Below, piece after piece: positions 12,782-25,682 of a stretch of 64,000 nucleotides of DNA. This stretch comes from Haliotis cracherodii (Eukaryota). How positions within the stretch are numbered: position 1 is the stretch's first letter; each line of letters starts with the position of its first letter. The stretch lies in NCBI RefSeq assembly GCF_022045235.1, contig NW_027266297.1:38006001-38070000 (forward strand), given 5' to 3'. Under the pieces are notes generated by a model. That model saw only the letters and a list, made by a program, of their open reading frames with translations, made no database searches and was not told where the DNA came from. The position numbers were made by a program, and so were the translations under genes.

Positions 12782-12820
12782 CTGGGGAGCCAGTAATGTT
12801 TTCATGTGTTTTAGTTGCAT
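12782..12820 (-). CDS. IFT172: Intraflagellar transport protein 172, coding exon 1 (MQLKHMKTLLAPQ)
   Basis: ATG at 12820, donor GTAATA after 12782. The peptide matches the known IFT172 N-terminus (MHLKHLRTLLSPQ), phase 0. Confidence 0.93.
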
Positions 12821-13312
12821 TTTAAAGTAGACGTCTTTCTACAGGTTCAGAAAGATCGGTAACAAGCAATGTTCATTTCGACAATGTTTATGGAATGCTA
12901 GCAACAACCTGTGCTGTATTTCCAAAAGCACATACGGAGTACGAATACGGAATTTCATTTGGTTCTTTTTGTTTTAAACGATAGGACAAAGCGCCGTATT
13001 GTTCTGTTTAATACATACGAATTCGAAACAACTAATAAAATACAAATGAGTTCATTTGTGTACAGATAAGTGTTGAAACTTGAGTCTATTCGATCCTAAA
13101 TATTTCGTTTTTTCAATAATACCTATTTTTATGTAATGTTCGTTTTATTGTGTTATTTGCGTATTCAATATGTTTACATTTTTCATATATAATATACATT
13201 TGTACAGTATTTTCAATAGCGCTGTAATAATCACTGTTCAGAAAACATAATATTACACAACAAGATGCTTATGAATATACGAAACTTTCACCAGTCTTGA
13301 TATCTCAGAAAA
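12821..13312. promoter_or_regulatory. Bidirectional promoter region shared by IFT172 and the MARVEL gene
   Basis: Divergent ATGs at 12820 (-) and 13313 (+). An imperfect RFX X-box-like ATGCTAGCAAC lies near 12895-12905. Confidence 0.6.
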
Positions 13313-13375
13313 ATGGCAGGTTTCCGAATTCGTAATTTTGTGCTGCCACCAAATTTACTTCGTCTCATCGAAGTT
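13313..13375 (+). CDS. MARVEL-domain tetraspan membrane protein (CMTM/plasmolipin-like), exon 1 (MAGFRIRNFVLPPNLLRLIEV)
   Basis: AAAATGG start, GTAAGT donor. The P..LLRLIEV pattern is typical of the start of MARVEL helix 1. Confidence 0.8.
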
Positions 13376-13708
13376 GTAAGTAAACGTTACACTGAATGAT
13401 GTTTTTAAACATTTGCATACTCTAAACACATCTCTAGTGTGAACATAAGGCGCCGAAACATTCCTGATTAACCATGTCTCAACGTCTTTTTTTTGGTAAC
13501 ATTGGCACCATGTAAAACTCGGAACAGCAACTCAAGGTTTATGAAATAGAAGAAATTTTAGAGAAAACGTGATAAATGAAACAAGACAGTGAACGATTTC
13601 CATTGACAGTATACTGACGCATTTTCCGATTTTCCTGATCATTGTTAGTTTCTGGCGAAATTGTTACGAGAAGACGATTGATGAAGTAGTCAGTGACTAG
13701 GGCCTGAA

Positions 13709-13932
13709 GACCCGTGAAAATTCGGGTTAGAATAGGTAATATGGCAACACATGCTTGTCGTAAGAGGCGATTAAGCTTGTCATTAGAGCGACTAACAGGA
13801 CATGCCATCGTATCCCAGTTGCGTGATCGATGCTCATGATATCAAGCACCAGATTGTCTGATCCAGACTCGATTATTTACAGACGCCGTCATATAGCTTG
13901 AATATTGCTGTGTGGCGTTAACAACAAACAAA
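13709..13932 (+). mobile_element. Short retroelement family 2 (non-tRNA structured head)
   Basis: GACCCGTGAA...GGGTTAGAATAGG...GCTTGTCGTAAGAGGCGA head and GGCGTTAACAACAAACAAA tail. Confidence 0.85.
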
Positions 13933-14044
13933 TAGGACCTAATGGTTACAGAACCAATTGAAACAAAACTGTATTAACCACTAGAAACTGTTTAATTAGA
14001 TTACAGATTATGATTATCTAATATGTTGTTTTGACACTTTCCAG

Positions 14045-14242
14045 CTTTTGAGTGTAATAGCCGTGTGTTTGGTGACTGGCTGGCGAAGCGAGGGATTTTC
14101 CTACAATGATCTCAACCGAAGTGACTTCAATGTTCTCCACAATCTACAGTACTTTGTTGGCATGTCAACGCTGACATTTCTCAGTGTGGCAGTCCTCTGC
14201 CTCATTGTCCTCATCAAACCAGTTTACCTGTCACCCCTTGTT
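14045..14242 (+). CDS. MARVEL-domain protein exon 2
   Basis: TTTCCAG acceptor, GTGAGT donor, 198 nt, phase 0, hydrophobic helices with a YFVGMSTLTF motif. Confidence 0.85.
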
Positions 14243-14987
14243 GTGAGTAACAATCAATAAAATTTATTTGAAAAAATGATGTCATGCATATGGCAGTTAG
14301 CATGCTGATTTTACATTGACTCTATTTTGGTCCATGAGTTTTTAGTATAACTCATTATATAACTGGTGATGCACCAGTTTGTATTGTAATATGTATCTAT
14401 CTCTGCCCTGATCATGGTGATCAGCTGTGGTCCTAGCCACATGAAATATGATCATGAAATATCGCAATAATTAATTAACAAAGATAGCTGCATATGCGCT
14501 AATACTAAGAAAGCGAAATTAAGCCATTCCGGCATTACGGAATATTACAATATTACAAAATTACAAGAAACTTGTGCTTTTTGAGAAATATCTAATTTGC
14601 TTGTGATAAGCATTGTCATTGAGTTTTGATCACATGGTTACAATCTGATCGAGGATTGGTAGTCAGGTGACTGCAAATGGCTATATGTATTCAGATGTAG
14701 TATTTGAAGCACTATTGACCAAGTTCACTACTAAATATGAACCGCTTGCACAGTCACATGACTGCCACTTCTTACCCAGATTGTAACCTCGTGATCAAAA
14801 CTTCATTGTTTAAAATACTTAGTAAGCATCATCCTCGCAGTAATTTCAGTGATGATTTATGTAAACAAGGAAAATAATTTCCATGAAATTGATGTGCAGA
14901 TATTTTAGCATTTGAAACCTCCGAGAAATCATGCTAACGCCATCATGTGTATCAAGTATCATGTATCATGATTTCTACTGTTTACAG

Positions 14988-15125
14988 GATATGATTCTGA
15001 ATGCTGCGTTGAGCCTCCTCCTCTTCATCGCAGCCATAGTCCTGTGCGTGTCCATCACCCACCTAGGGGAGTCAACTGCTGTCAAGGAGGCCGACCTCAC
15101 CTTCTCCAGTCTCGAGGGAGCTGTG
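14988..15125 (+). CDS. MARVEL-domain protein exon 3
   Basis: TTTACAG acceptor, GTAAGT donor, 138 nt, DMILNAALSLLLFIAAIVL third helix. Confidence 0.85.
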
Positions 15126-15150
15126 GTAAGTGTGCTATTTAATACTCACA

Positions 15151-15341
15151 TCGAATCCCGGTTTGCCCCGATTATGTTTCTAGGTTTCTCAGCACCATAC
15201 CCGTTCTCGTGGATTTCACCGAAGTGGTAAACATCTGAGACCTGCATCAATTCGGGCTTTCCTCCCACATTAAGCTGACATACCGTGATATAACTGGAAT
15301 ACTGTTAAAGAGGACATTAAACCCAACTCACTCACTCACTC
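15151..15341 (+). mobile_element. SINE family 3 (V-domain-like core), 5'-truncated
   Basis: GG(G/A)TTTCACCGAAGTGG...CGGGCTTTCCTCCCACA core, (ACTC)n tail, TSD AATACTCACA. Confidence 0.85.
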
Positions 15342-16176
15342 AATACTCACAGTACCAGGGGTAGCCAGTAATTAGTCTGGTCTATTTGACCTAGTTTAGT
15401 GAACTGTTTCCTGGGCCAGTTTAATTTATCAAATGGTGTGACTTGAGTGTGCTGTTAGCAACCTACATGGTAATCATGGTAAATCATTTATTTCTATATT
15501 AATTATTATACACACTGTTTAATCTGGATCACGAGAGGTCCAACAGAACATTTCTTTCTGCTTGTCCTTGGACTTCCAAAAACCTAGTAGCTGTAGTCAA
15601 ACAGTTAAGTCAAGTGGTCTTGTATAGATCTTCAGTATGTTAGATGCATTATTATATTTTTATTTGGTTTATATGGTTTGTGCCATGCTTCTCTGTGATC
15701 AAACATGAGCAAGATGAGGTGACCATTAGACCGTCCTCTCATCACAGACATAATGGAACAATAGGGGCTCGAGTTACTGTCAGATTATGTCTTTTTTTCA
15801 CCTGAGAAACATAATACAATGTACCATGTATGCAGAAGTTTGAAACTGAAAAATTATAACTGTATCTACCATATGTGTCATAATAAGAGCCCTTGGGTGG
15901 TCAGTAAATTGACAAAGATGGGCCCTTATTTAAACAGGGTGCTTGATATGGCAAATACGGTATGTATGAAATCATTCTATTGCTTCTTAAGGAAATATGG
16001 ATCATGATCATCATGAATTACACTTTTTACACAAAGAAAAAAAAAAGGAAAACGTCAGCACCAGTTTACCACAAGTTAATGCCTAACGAATATTTGATTT
16101 GAGTTTTTATTGTAAGTCATTGAACATTTTTTTGATAAATTGCACATGAATGCAATTGTGTCCCTTCTTGTTTCAG

Positions 16177-16311
16177 GCTCTTGGCTTTATTTGTGCCCTA
16201 GCTCTTGGAGGAAGTGGCTGGTTTGCCTTCCAGAACCACCGCAGACGGAGTGACCTCCCCTTGAACCAGACCCACACCAATGCAGACTTACCTGGGGACA
16301 TTCCAACATGA
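16177..16311 (+). CDS. MARVEL-domain protein exon 4 (terminal; total 177 aa)
   Basis: TTTCAG acceptor, AVALGFICALA fourth helix, TGA at 16309-16311. Confidence 0.82.
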   Translation, partial: ALGFICALALGGSGWFAFQNHRRRSDLPLNQTHTNADLPGDIPT

Positions 16312-16588
16312 AAACATCAAGTTCCAAATGGCGTGGTTGTGAAGAGATTCTATTTTGTTGACTTGTGTAATTTATACTAATGGTCTGAGTGATGGCAACG
16401 CTGTGTGACTGACATTTTTTTCTGTGATTCTTGTTTTGGTTCCTCTGCCTTCTACACAGGGGATGAACTTTGTCATATTATCATGCCATTATCTCTGTAA
16501 CATGCTCAGCCATGGTAACAAACTCCGCATACTCTGTACATACCTAGTTGTCGTGAGTTGATGCTTATGACAAACATTTACCAATATA

Positions 16589-16935
16589 AGGGATTTATCT
16601 AGACCTGCTTAGAACCTGATATTTGTCCCAAGTCTGCAGCAAATGTCTGTTAAAAGTCACAAATTAGAATTAAACATGTCTCCATTCATAGTGTTATTAT
16701 CATAACTAATTTATGGCTTTGTAGCGGTGGCTTGTAATACATTGATAACATGACCAATATGATGGAAGGGGCTTTAAAGCTTAGTTTAACATTATTGCAT
16801 TGAATGGAATGTTACGATTAAGTGTTAAATTACTCTGAATTTATGAAAATAGGAACTTATTTGAAAAAGAATATTGATTTTGTTTCTAGATTTGTGTGTC
16901 AAGCGCACTTAGTTTGGAATCCTAGATAAATCCCT
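16589..16935. mobile_element. MITE-like element in the MARVEL gene 3' region
   Basis: 14-bp TIR AGGGATTTATCTAG / CTAGATAAATCCCT. Confidence 0.6.
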
Positions 16936-19178
16936 GAATATACTGTCATACTGATTACATTTTGGTGAACTGAAGGTAGTCAGTTGTCAATGAAACTAGT
17001 GCCTGAAGCTTGATATAGATCAAAGTGCAAAGAGAGTGGTTAGTGCTTATTTGGCTATGTATCCTATTTGTACTATTCAATCATTCCATACGAGAACACA
17101 AATATTACACTGTTACTACATACTGGTTCACTTTAGGGACTAACCATTTAATTAGCAGGAATGCAGGAAAAAATATGTTTGCATGAGCTTTACACATAGT
17201 AAACATGTTCACAGGACATACTGGATGTTTTGAAATTGGTTTTGTGGTTTTGTAAAAATTGACAAAGGTAAGCGCTTATTGAAGCAGCATGCTTAATACA
17301 GTGAATATGGTATGCATGAAATCATCTTATTGCTACTTGAGAATATATGGATCATGATATGGAATACTGAGTGTTCTGAAATTGTTTTTGTTTTTTGTTG
17401 TTCTCAATGTCTTTAGGCAGTGACAAAAAAATATTATGTCTCCAACAAAAATGAAATGACCATGTAACAAGTTTTTAATAGGCATTGACAGTTTCTAGGT
17501 TTGTCAGTACCACACCTATGTGCTGAAGTTGTAAACGTCTGAGACCTGCATCACTTCAGGCTTTCCTCCCATATTAAGCTGACACGTCTCGATATAACTG
17601 GAATACTGTTAAAAGCGGCGTTAAACCCAACTCACTCACTAATAGTCATGCCAGCTCCTTGATGGTCATATCCAGAGTTTATTGACCTGTAAGTGCTATG
17701 TGTTTATATGTAATTACAAGATGTACAGGCAATAGAGGTGTAATCAAAAGCAGTGACAGTGCTTGTAGTATAGGACATTTGTTCAGTGAACCTCATACCA
17801 CTGCATGTTAATTACTGGATGTGTCACAATATGCCTACCTCATATATCAATAGGTATCACAATGCTTAAATCATGATACAATATGTGTCATTATTTTCTA
17901 CTCAAAACAAGTTAAAGAACATCCACAATTGGAAGGCTGTGTGTTGCAATACCCACAAGCCATGACAGTTTACCTTTTGTCATATGAAAAAATCATGTTC
18001 TTTAACCTCATTTGAGTAGTATACGTAATTTGTGTTCTTCCGTGCCATTCTCAGCCTGACAATGGGCTGTTGCTATCAACCAAGAATTTTGGCTTGTTCT
18101 ACATGTAATAACAATTTGCAGTCAGATGTAGCATTTTGTTTCATGTTAGATGATAAAGTTACACTTGCCTTTGTAGTCAGGCACGTTTTTTACAACACTT
18201 TGTAAATATTCCTTTTTGAAAATTGATACATGATTAGGCATATTGTGTATTGTATCGTCAGATGAGAATTTGTGATGCTTTGATGCATCAGTTTATTGTG
18301 AAGCCCCTATGAGTTGAAGTAATGATGAATCATTTCCTTGTTTTCTTACTCAAAGTAAAGCAAGTTTTGTCATCAGCATTTTGTTATCAGTAATTGTATA
18401 ATCAGGTTTTGATTCAAATTTATTTAAAATGTCTTTGTAAAAGAAATCATTCTAACACATGTCTGTTGGGAAGAGAAATAGTTACCTTTGAGAAAATTCT
18501 TTCAGATCTCATAATGATTTTGACTTGATCGATTATAATAATTATTGTTGTTTTTCTGATTTGTTTTAAATTTGTTTTGCTTCGAGGGCAGTTAACCCTG
18601 ATGTATATCTTGGACTTGACATTTGTAATTTTTCATGTTTATTAAGGGATTGAGGGTCCTACTGAAGTGGATGTGTAAGATGTAACAAAAAGGTTTTTCA
18701 TTATATTTTCAATAAATGGACATTCCATTCTGATGTACAAGTTTTTAAGGGTCCATTGAAACAATGTCAGTTTCAGGCTACTACACCCTGGTTTCATTCT
18801 TTGCATTAGTCATGTTAGTAGACAGGGAGATTTATGTTTCAGTAGACATCCATTAATGTTTCAGACATGGCCTCTCGCTAGTCAGAACCTGGAAGGACTA
18901 CATTTCCTTAAAAACAAAAACTAGTTATTTTTGTATATTTCACTGGTCTGAATTGAGGTGTGAACTTGATCAATTTAACTCATTGTGTCTACCCCTGAGA
19001 ACCATTTGGTTCCAGTTTCAAAGAAAGTGTTAAAGGAGCCTGCTTGAATGAGAAACATTGGGCTGAATCGAATCTGCTTTGTTAATGAATTATTAATACA
19101 TAGTAATGTCCCTTGTGTGTATGTAGATGATCCAAGCAGTAATTGTGCGAAGGGCAGGTTTCCAGACTTAGTGTCTGG

Positions 19179-19346
19179 GGGGCGGTCGGGTAGCCTAGTG
19201 GTTAAAGCGTTCACTCATCACGCCGAAGACCCAGGTTCGATTCCCGACATGGGCACAATGTGTAAAGCCCATTTCTGGTGTCCCCTGCCGTGATATTGCT
19301 GGAATATTGCTGAAAGCGGCGTAAAACCATACTCACTCACTTACTC
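19179..19346 (+). mobile_element. tRNA-derived SINE, family 1
   Basis: GGGGCGGTCGGGTAGCCTAGTGGTTAAAGCG head, GGTTCGATTCC B box, (ACTC)n tail, TSD AGTGTCTGG. Confidence 0.92.
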
Positions 19347-22006
19347 AGTGTCTGGACTATCACTAGTTACCTTGTCACAGGTCTGTACTGTACGTAACAC
19401 TGCTATCAAGCCGGGATATAGGGTTGCTCATACTGTTCCAACATAATTTCCATGCTGATGACAATTTGGTGTATTATTTGTTGCTTATTCTTATCGGGAT
19501 TATTAAATACAGAAGTCAGGTTAAGATGTCATCACGCCTATGATCCTCCGACAGTTGGACTCCAACCAAAGAAAAAACATTCTCCATGGTGTAAATGATG
19601 TTATATGAAGTCTAAGTGAAGGGAAGTTTTGGTTTCCTTTTAATATGTTATTGCATGGATAATTCTTACATACACATTTGTGAGCGTATCACCTGTACCG
19701 TATTTTAATGTAATATTTGCTCTGAATTTTCATCATAAGTTATAGAGTCAGTAGGTTAGCCTAGTGGTTAAGGCATTTACTCATCAAGGCAAAGGCTCAT
19801 GCTTGAATCCTAGCATAGGTAAAATGCATGAAGCCCATTTCTGGTGGCCCCAGATGACATATTGCTGGGATGCTGCTAGAAGAAGCAAAAGACAGTACTC
19901 ACTCCGAGATAATGTGTTGAATAACAAGATCAGAAAAAAGATATTTTACACGCCCTTCTCTAGCCTAGGAGCAACTTCTGTCATTATCTTACTTCCCTTG
20001 GGCATGCCAGGATCTGTGATCATGGGTTTGAATTCCAGATTTCCCCTGATTAAGATCACTGGATTGTATGCACCATGCCCGAGCTCAGTCACTCACTCAC
20101 TTCCTCCTGTTTAGCTGACATGCAGGGATATACTTGAAACTCATTTTTCGGGCAGATGGGATATGTCCATTTGGACTACATAGTTGCTTTTGGGGATGTG
20201 TCATGTTGTTTTCTGCCTAGTATGTAATGAACATGCATTCAGTTGGAAACTACCTTTGCCCAATGCTTGTGTCGTGTGAGTAATCTGTTCTCAAAAAACT
20301 ATAGTCACTCAAGTCACTGTGATCAGTTGGGAAGAACTTTATATAGCATGAAAGTGAGTCTCCAAACATATGATAGTGTACCATTCGATCACTTTTCCTT
20401 CTCTGCAATCATGTTGAGTGGTCTTGAGGTTGAGCCAGGATCTTCTGGTCATTGGTTTGAAGCCCAGCTTCACCAAATTATTGTCATCCTTGGTCGGTCA
20501 GCACTTCCAATTAACAATATAACTGTGCTACTTGTGGCTTTCATCATACTGTAAGCTGACATATGGTGATAGAACACTGTTCTAGGGGTAATTTGTCCAC
20601 TCATTTCAACTCAATCATGTTGACAATTCAAGTTAAGCTTGGCTGGTCACACCAAGACCTGGTTCGATTCCCCACAAGGGTACAATGTGTGTAGCCCACT
20701 TCTAGTATTGCAGGCTAAACGCAGCATGAAACCATACCCACTCAAATTAGAGAACACAAAGAAGGCCCTAATCTTCCAACTCTGCTTGGATTCCTACCGA
20801 TCTAGTCAATGTATTCCAGACAGGTAGGTGTGAGATAGGGATCATGATGTCACGGAAGCAGAAGGTTTAAGCGTCCATACATCAAGCATGAGACTTCTTG
20901 TTTTTAGTTGTTTCCACTTCTATTCAGATACTGTTTATCGACATGTGTTCATTTCAGTCAGTTTGTGACACTTTCTATGTATGTTTGTATTTATGTAGGT
21001 ATACATGAATAAATTTTTAGTAAAATGTCAGTTTGTTTGGTTGTGATATGAGTCAGTTCATGTGTCTCTGATCCCTTCATGGTATCAAGTCTTTGAAAGA
21101 CATTTAGAAGTGATACACATGTGGGAGAGAGTTTATGGATGTCAACTTCTTTATAATGGGGAACACAACGTTTCGGAGTTTATGAGTGTATGCTTACCCG
21201 ATTCCCATGTTGAAGGAGTAAGCGTATACTCCGAAACATGTTGTTCTCCGTAATAATAGAGAAGTTGACACCAATAAATTCTCTTCCTATTGGATGGTGT
21301 TCCCATGGCTTTCGTAAACTGCTTCTTGCCAACCCCATTCATTTACAGGGACGGATCCAGCATTTCAAAAGGGAGATAATTTTACTACAAAACACTGCAT
21401 TGGGTTTTCAAAATTGTGGGGGTGGGCACCCTGTACCCCTCCCCGTGTACCCATCTGGATCCGCATATGATTCATTTGAATTTAGGTTAGAATAGGTTCC
21501 AGCAACCTATGCGTGTCCTTCGATGCGACTTAATGGATGGGGTAGTTTGGCTCCGAGACTTGACTCTCAAGCTTGTCAGAGCTGAAGTATCCACGCAGTG
21601 GGCAGGATCTGTGACGGCTATTTCAGAATGCATCATCATGCTAACAACCACTGATTTGCCTAGCCGAGATCCGATAATCTACAGGCCGCACTGGTATAAC
21701 TTGTCTGGGTGAGACGAGGAACAAATTAACGTTATGCACGTATCATGCGCAAGACGAATAATTTAATAAACATTCTGCATGCTCCCGGGAAAACGTGTTG
21801 TTCCTCAGATGATCTAACAGAACGCAAAACAAAACATCATCTCATTATGTTTTTAATTTATTATTTATAAAATATACATACAGACTTGTTTGATCATATA
21901 GGCAAATACGTGAATGCAAAGAGCACCAGCATAATCAATCATACAAAGTTCTGACTTTAAAATATTGTCCATGCTTTCATTTTTACGGTCACTATTTGGA
22001 ACCGTG

Positions 22007-22259
22007 CTCCTCATCGGTTAATATTGATAAACAACACTTCTTCGTTACTCCTCATCGGTTAATATTGATAAACAACACTTCTTCCTTACTCCTCATCGGT
22101 TAATATTGATAAACAACACTTCTTCGTTACTCCTCATCGGTTAATATTGATAAACAACACTTCTTCCTTACTCCTCATCGGTTAATATTGATAAACAACA
22201 CTTCTTCCTTACTCCTCATCGGTTAATATTGATAAACAACACTTCTTCCTTACTCCTCA
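22007..22259. repeat. 41-bp tandem repeat, about 6 copies
   Basis: Unit CTCCTCATCGGTTAATATTGATAAACAACACTTCTTC(C/G)TTA. Confidence 0.95.
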
Positions 22260-23776
22260 CCGGAACGTGAGACGTGTCGAAACAACATGTTAACCAAAGG
22301 CATATGCTCCTAGAAATAAGTTATGGTCTATAAATACACATATCCCAAACTTCAAAATCTTCTGGAAATATACTACTCAACATTAGATCAGGGATTAGAA
22401 CACCGGCATCAGACCTAATTTTGCGATTCTCAGAGACAATTTATCGAAATGCGACCGAACCTATGTAGACATGAAGCTGAATACTACTACTTTGTGTATG
22501 ACAAAGAAGGACCGACCGTTTGATATTCTGGCTAGGATTTTGTACCAGATTATATATTTACATCGACAACTACAAAATCAGATATATTTCTATTTAATAC
22601 TACGAGCCTGAATTTTGTTTTAAGAATAACATCTTGCAGCAATGCAATTTTTGTGGCAAGCAATTTTCTTTTCAACGGTCTGAAGCATAATTATGTTTTA
22701 TAACAATTTTCGGCGACAATTTATTGTTTTCGATAATATCCCAGCCCCCTCCATCAAATGTTCATCCCCAGCTATAGTCATATCAGAACATATCGGGTGT
22801 CCTTTAACTTCTTTTGAGTACTATTGTAAACCAGTTTACGATGTGAACGATCGGACCGAGCCTTCGGAGTGACGATCGAACGCTTTAACCACTAGGCTAC
22901 CCCATCGCATGCACTTGCAGACATGAACACCAAGCGTGCTCTAGAATGTGCGGGCGTGACTGCAATGAGGCGTTTTAAATCGGTGTTGAAGATAATAATT
23001 ATGCAAGGTCTATACTATAAATAGCAAAGATTGTTTAAATAGTTTGGTACAAGCTATACAACATTAATATATCACAGACCATCATAATGCCTCCACATAC
23101 AGAAGACTAGATGCCTACCAGAATACGCGGGATGCTGGGAGAGTGGTGTGGTGAGATCCGGGTTCTGCTCCTGCTGGCCTTCTTTCATTACAGTTTACTC
23201 CGATACTTAAGGTTGGGTGGTCATCCCACTGTACATTATACCGTGTTACACGGGTTTCGTTTCAAGATTCAACAACAAAATACACGTATACCTACAGTGT
23301 ACAATGTGTTGTGTACATGAATGTGTTTACAAGTGATCGAGTCTCCGTTGACCGTACGTGATGTCGCACTCGCGGTCGTATGTGTTGTTGCAGACCTAAA
23401 TTGTCGAAAAGCAATCCTTTGCTGTCGAGACGTGGTTTCCAGATTAACAGGATCCGGTCTAACGAGGTTTCAGTGTATCTTTGTACAATGTTGACATAAC
23501 ACCAGCAGCTAAGCACCCTTCTTTTACCCAGGCCCACTTTGGTCACCACAGGAATAAGCACTTGACACACCAAAACTAAGCCCAAAATAAAAAAGCAAGG
23601 TCGGAAATGTGTCTTTGGAGACTCGGTGGTATGTTTCACATTGTCACAGAGAGACGAGTCTACATACCCTCGGAAAGCGAAGACCTGCTGTCTTTAGTAG
23701 CCCAGACAGCAGGGCCATGACACCACTTTATTCATTATTCAGTGACCAACTCGACATTGTCATTTGAACAAAACAG

Positions 23777-23838
23777 GTCACTGTCACTAAGACATGTCAC
23801 TGTCACTAAGACATGTCACTGTCACTAAGACATGTCAC
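23777..23838. repeat. 19-bp tandem repeat, about 3 copies
   Basis: GTCACTGTCACTAAGACAT repeated. Confidence 0.85.
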
Positions 23839-24280
23839 ATTATCCATCCGTGAATGAAAGACTACTTTCTGAAGTTCACCTATCAAGGCAATGCGTTCAA
23901 CAATACCTTGATGACTAATGTACCACACCCAAATGCCATTCAAGAACTCCTGAAAGGAATAACTTTCATTAAAACTGAAATCCTAAAATCATAGGTAACT
24001 TTCAACAGCTTAGTAGCCTCAAATAAGAAGGTTGCTACGCGAACGATGCACTCAAGGACGTTGACATTAGACTAGTGTTCCTGATGCAGTGAAACACACA
24101 TCCCTGATTCCTGACACATATTCTTGGTGCAGTATACGTAGTAACTGTGTATACGAATTCGGATCCAATTTTCCGCACCATTAACTGTAGGACATTCAGT
24201 GTTTAAAGCGTATCACAACTTTCTCAACAACATATCGTAACCAACAAAATAGAGTTAATCTAAACGTCTTTCTACAGAGG

Positions 24281-25579
24281 TCATTTCCTGGTCACAGCTG
24301 AACCCCTCTTTGCTGATTTTGCCCCTAATCTTTGGTTAGACGCTCTCTCTGGAATGGCGGCAGATTGCCACCTGGTGGTCTCCTTTAGGCCGTAACGTAT
24401 GGGCGGAAGTCCAGCTTGACTAGCATTGCTACTGGCCACCGACCCGGAAGACCTACCCGTCCCACCCTGTGATGCCCGGATGTGGGAGGTTCTGGAGGCC
24501 ATGGCGGCTCTACTGTTCGACCGGATTAACGGGCTATGGCTTGCCTGGGGCCGGGAAACGTTTTGATTAAGATGATCCAGAGTTCTTCTTGGAGGATTGG
24601 GACTCTGTCCTCTTTTGGGGGGATTTGGGGTTTTAGAAGGAGCTAAGATATACGTGCTCATGTTGATGTTGTTGGTGGATGGCTTTGCTGGAGTAGCTTC
24701 CTCCTCCACGTCTTCCCTTGGCGTCTTCCCCTTCATGATGAGGTCCTTGATATCTTTCACATCACTATGCATTTCTCTGTTCTGCTCCCGTAAGTTCCTC
24801 ATCTCCTCATAGTTCTGGTTCATGACCTCCCTCATCCTCTCCACCTCTTGTCTCATGGCCCTGGATGCCTTGTCCAGTTCCTCCTTGAAGTTCCTCACCA
24901 TCTCGTTCTTCTCCCCTTCAAACTGGGCGAGTTTCATATTCTGTTGAGTGATGATGTTTTTGGCACGTTCCAGTTCCGTCTCCATGGTGGCACACTTGTC
25001 TTTCAACTCTTTCAGCTCCTCGCGTAACTTATGTATCTCATTGTTTTGTTCTTTATACAAAGTATCTGATTCTAGGTGCCGCTTGTCGTCACGCAGCCTA
25101 CTGACCTGTTTGAATAGTTTCCCAGCATACTCCTCGGTTTGTTTCACAAGCTTCTTGAGCTCATTCAACTCCCCTGATTTTTCCTTTATAATCTTATCCT
25201 TTTCACCACTGCATTTGACCAACACGCTTATCCTTTCATCTCTGTTGATCAAGGAGTCCTTTAAGCTACCTATCTCGTCTTCCTTCTTCTCAATTTCTCG
25301 AGTCTTTTCTTTGACGATTCTTTCGTTCTCTGAGGTATGATGCTTGGCCTCAACATCCAGCCGTAGTCTTAAGGCATCAATTTGTCCCTCGAGTGCCTTG
25401 TTCATGGTAATAACACTCTGTAACACGTTGAACGCCTCACCTGGCGCCATTTCAAGAGAAGCAGACGACGGCCTTGATGAGGAAGCGGAAGTGACGTCAA
25501 CACTACTGGCACTCCCATTATCAGCTGCTCTTGAATCTGGTCGAGGGGTGATGCCGGTACCATGAACCTTCAAGTGGTC
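24281..25579 (-). CDS. Coiled-coil protein paralog A, large terminal exon (about 450 aa total)
   Basis: 1299-nt open frame after a TTCCAG acceptor. It encodes a long heptad-rich E/K/L region and a disordered S/R/P-rich tail with GLPPI, and aligns with paralog B. Confidence 0.88.
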   Translation of the reverse strand, partial: DHLKVHGTGITPRPDSRAADNGSASSVDVTSASSSRPSSASLEMAPGEAFNVLQSVITMNKALEGQIDALRLRLDVEAKHHTSENERIVKEKTREIEKKEDEIGSLKDSLINRDERISVLVKCSGEKDKIIKEKSGELNELKKLVKQTEEYAGKLFKQVSRLRDDKRHLESDTLYKEQNNEIHKLREELKELKDKCATMETELERAKNIITQQNMKLAQFEGEKNEMVRNFKEELDKASRAMRQEVERMREVMNQNYEEMRNLREQNREMHSDVKDIKDLIMKGKTPREDVEEEATPAKPSTNNINMSTYILAPSKTPNPPKRGQSPNPPRRTLDHLNQNVSRPQASHSPLIRSNSRAAMASRTSHIRASQGGTGRSSGSVASSNASQAGLPPIRYGLKETTRWQSAAIPERASNQRLGAKSAKRGSAVTRK

Positions 25580-25682
25580 CTGGAAGCCAAATAGAAAGTA
25601 CAACTCATTTCTCTTGATTTGTAATGCCCCCGTGTGATATTGCTAATACAAAAACCCGTACTCACTTGGGCATTTTATTAAT

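Noticed and set aside
19179-19255. tRNA gene (Asp-like GTC anticodon region in family 1 heads)
   Set aside because: No paired acceptor stem or oligo-T terminator. It continues into a SINE body and tail with TSDs and recurs many times.
24597-25565. Plus-strand Ser/Phe/Leu-rich ORFs, and likewise 39969-40747 and 54729-56216
   Set aside because: Antisense shadows of the real minus-strand coding exons.
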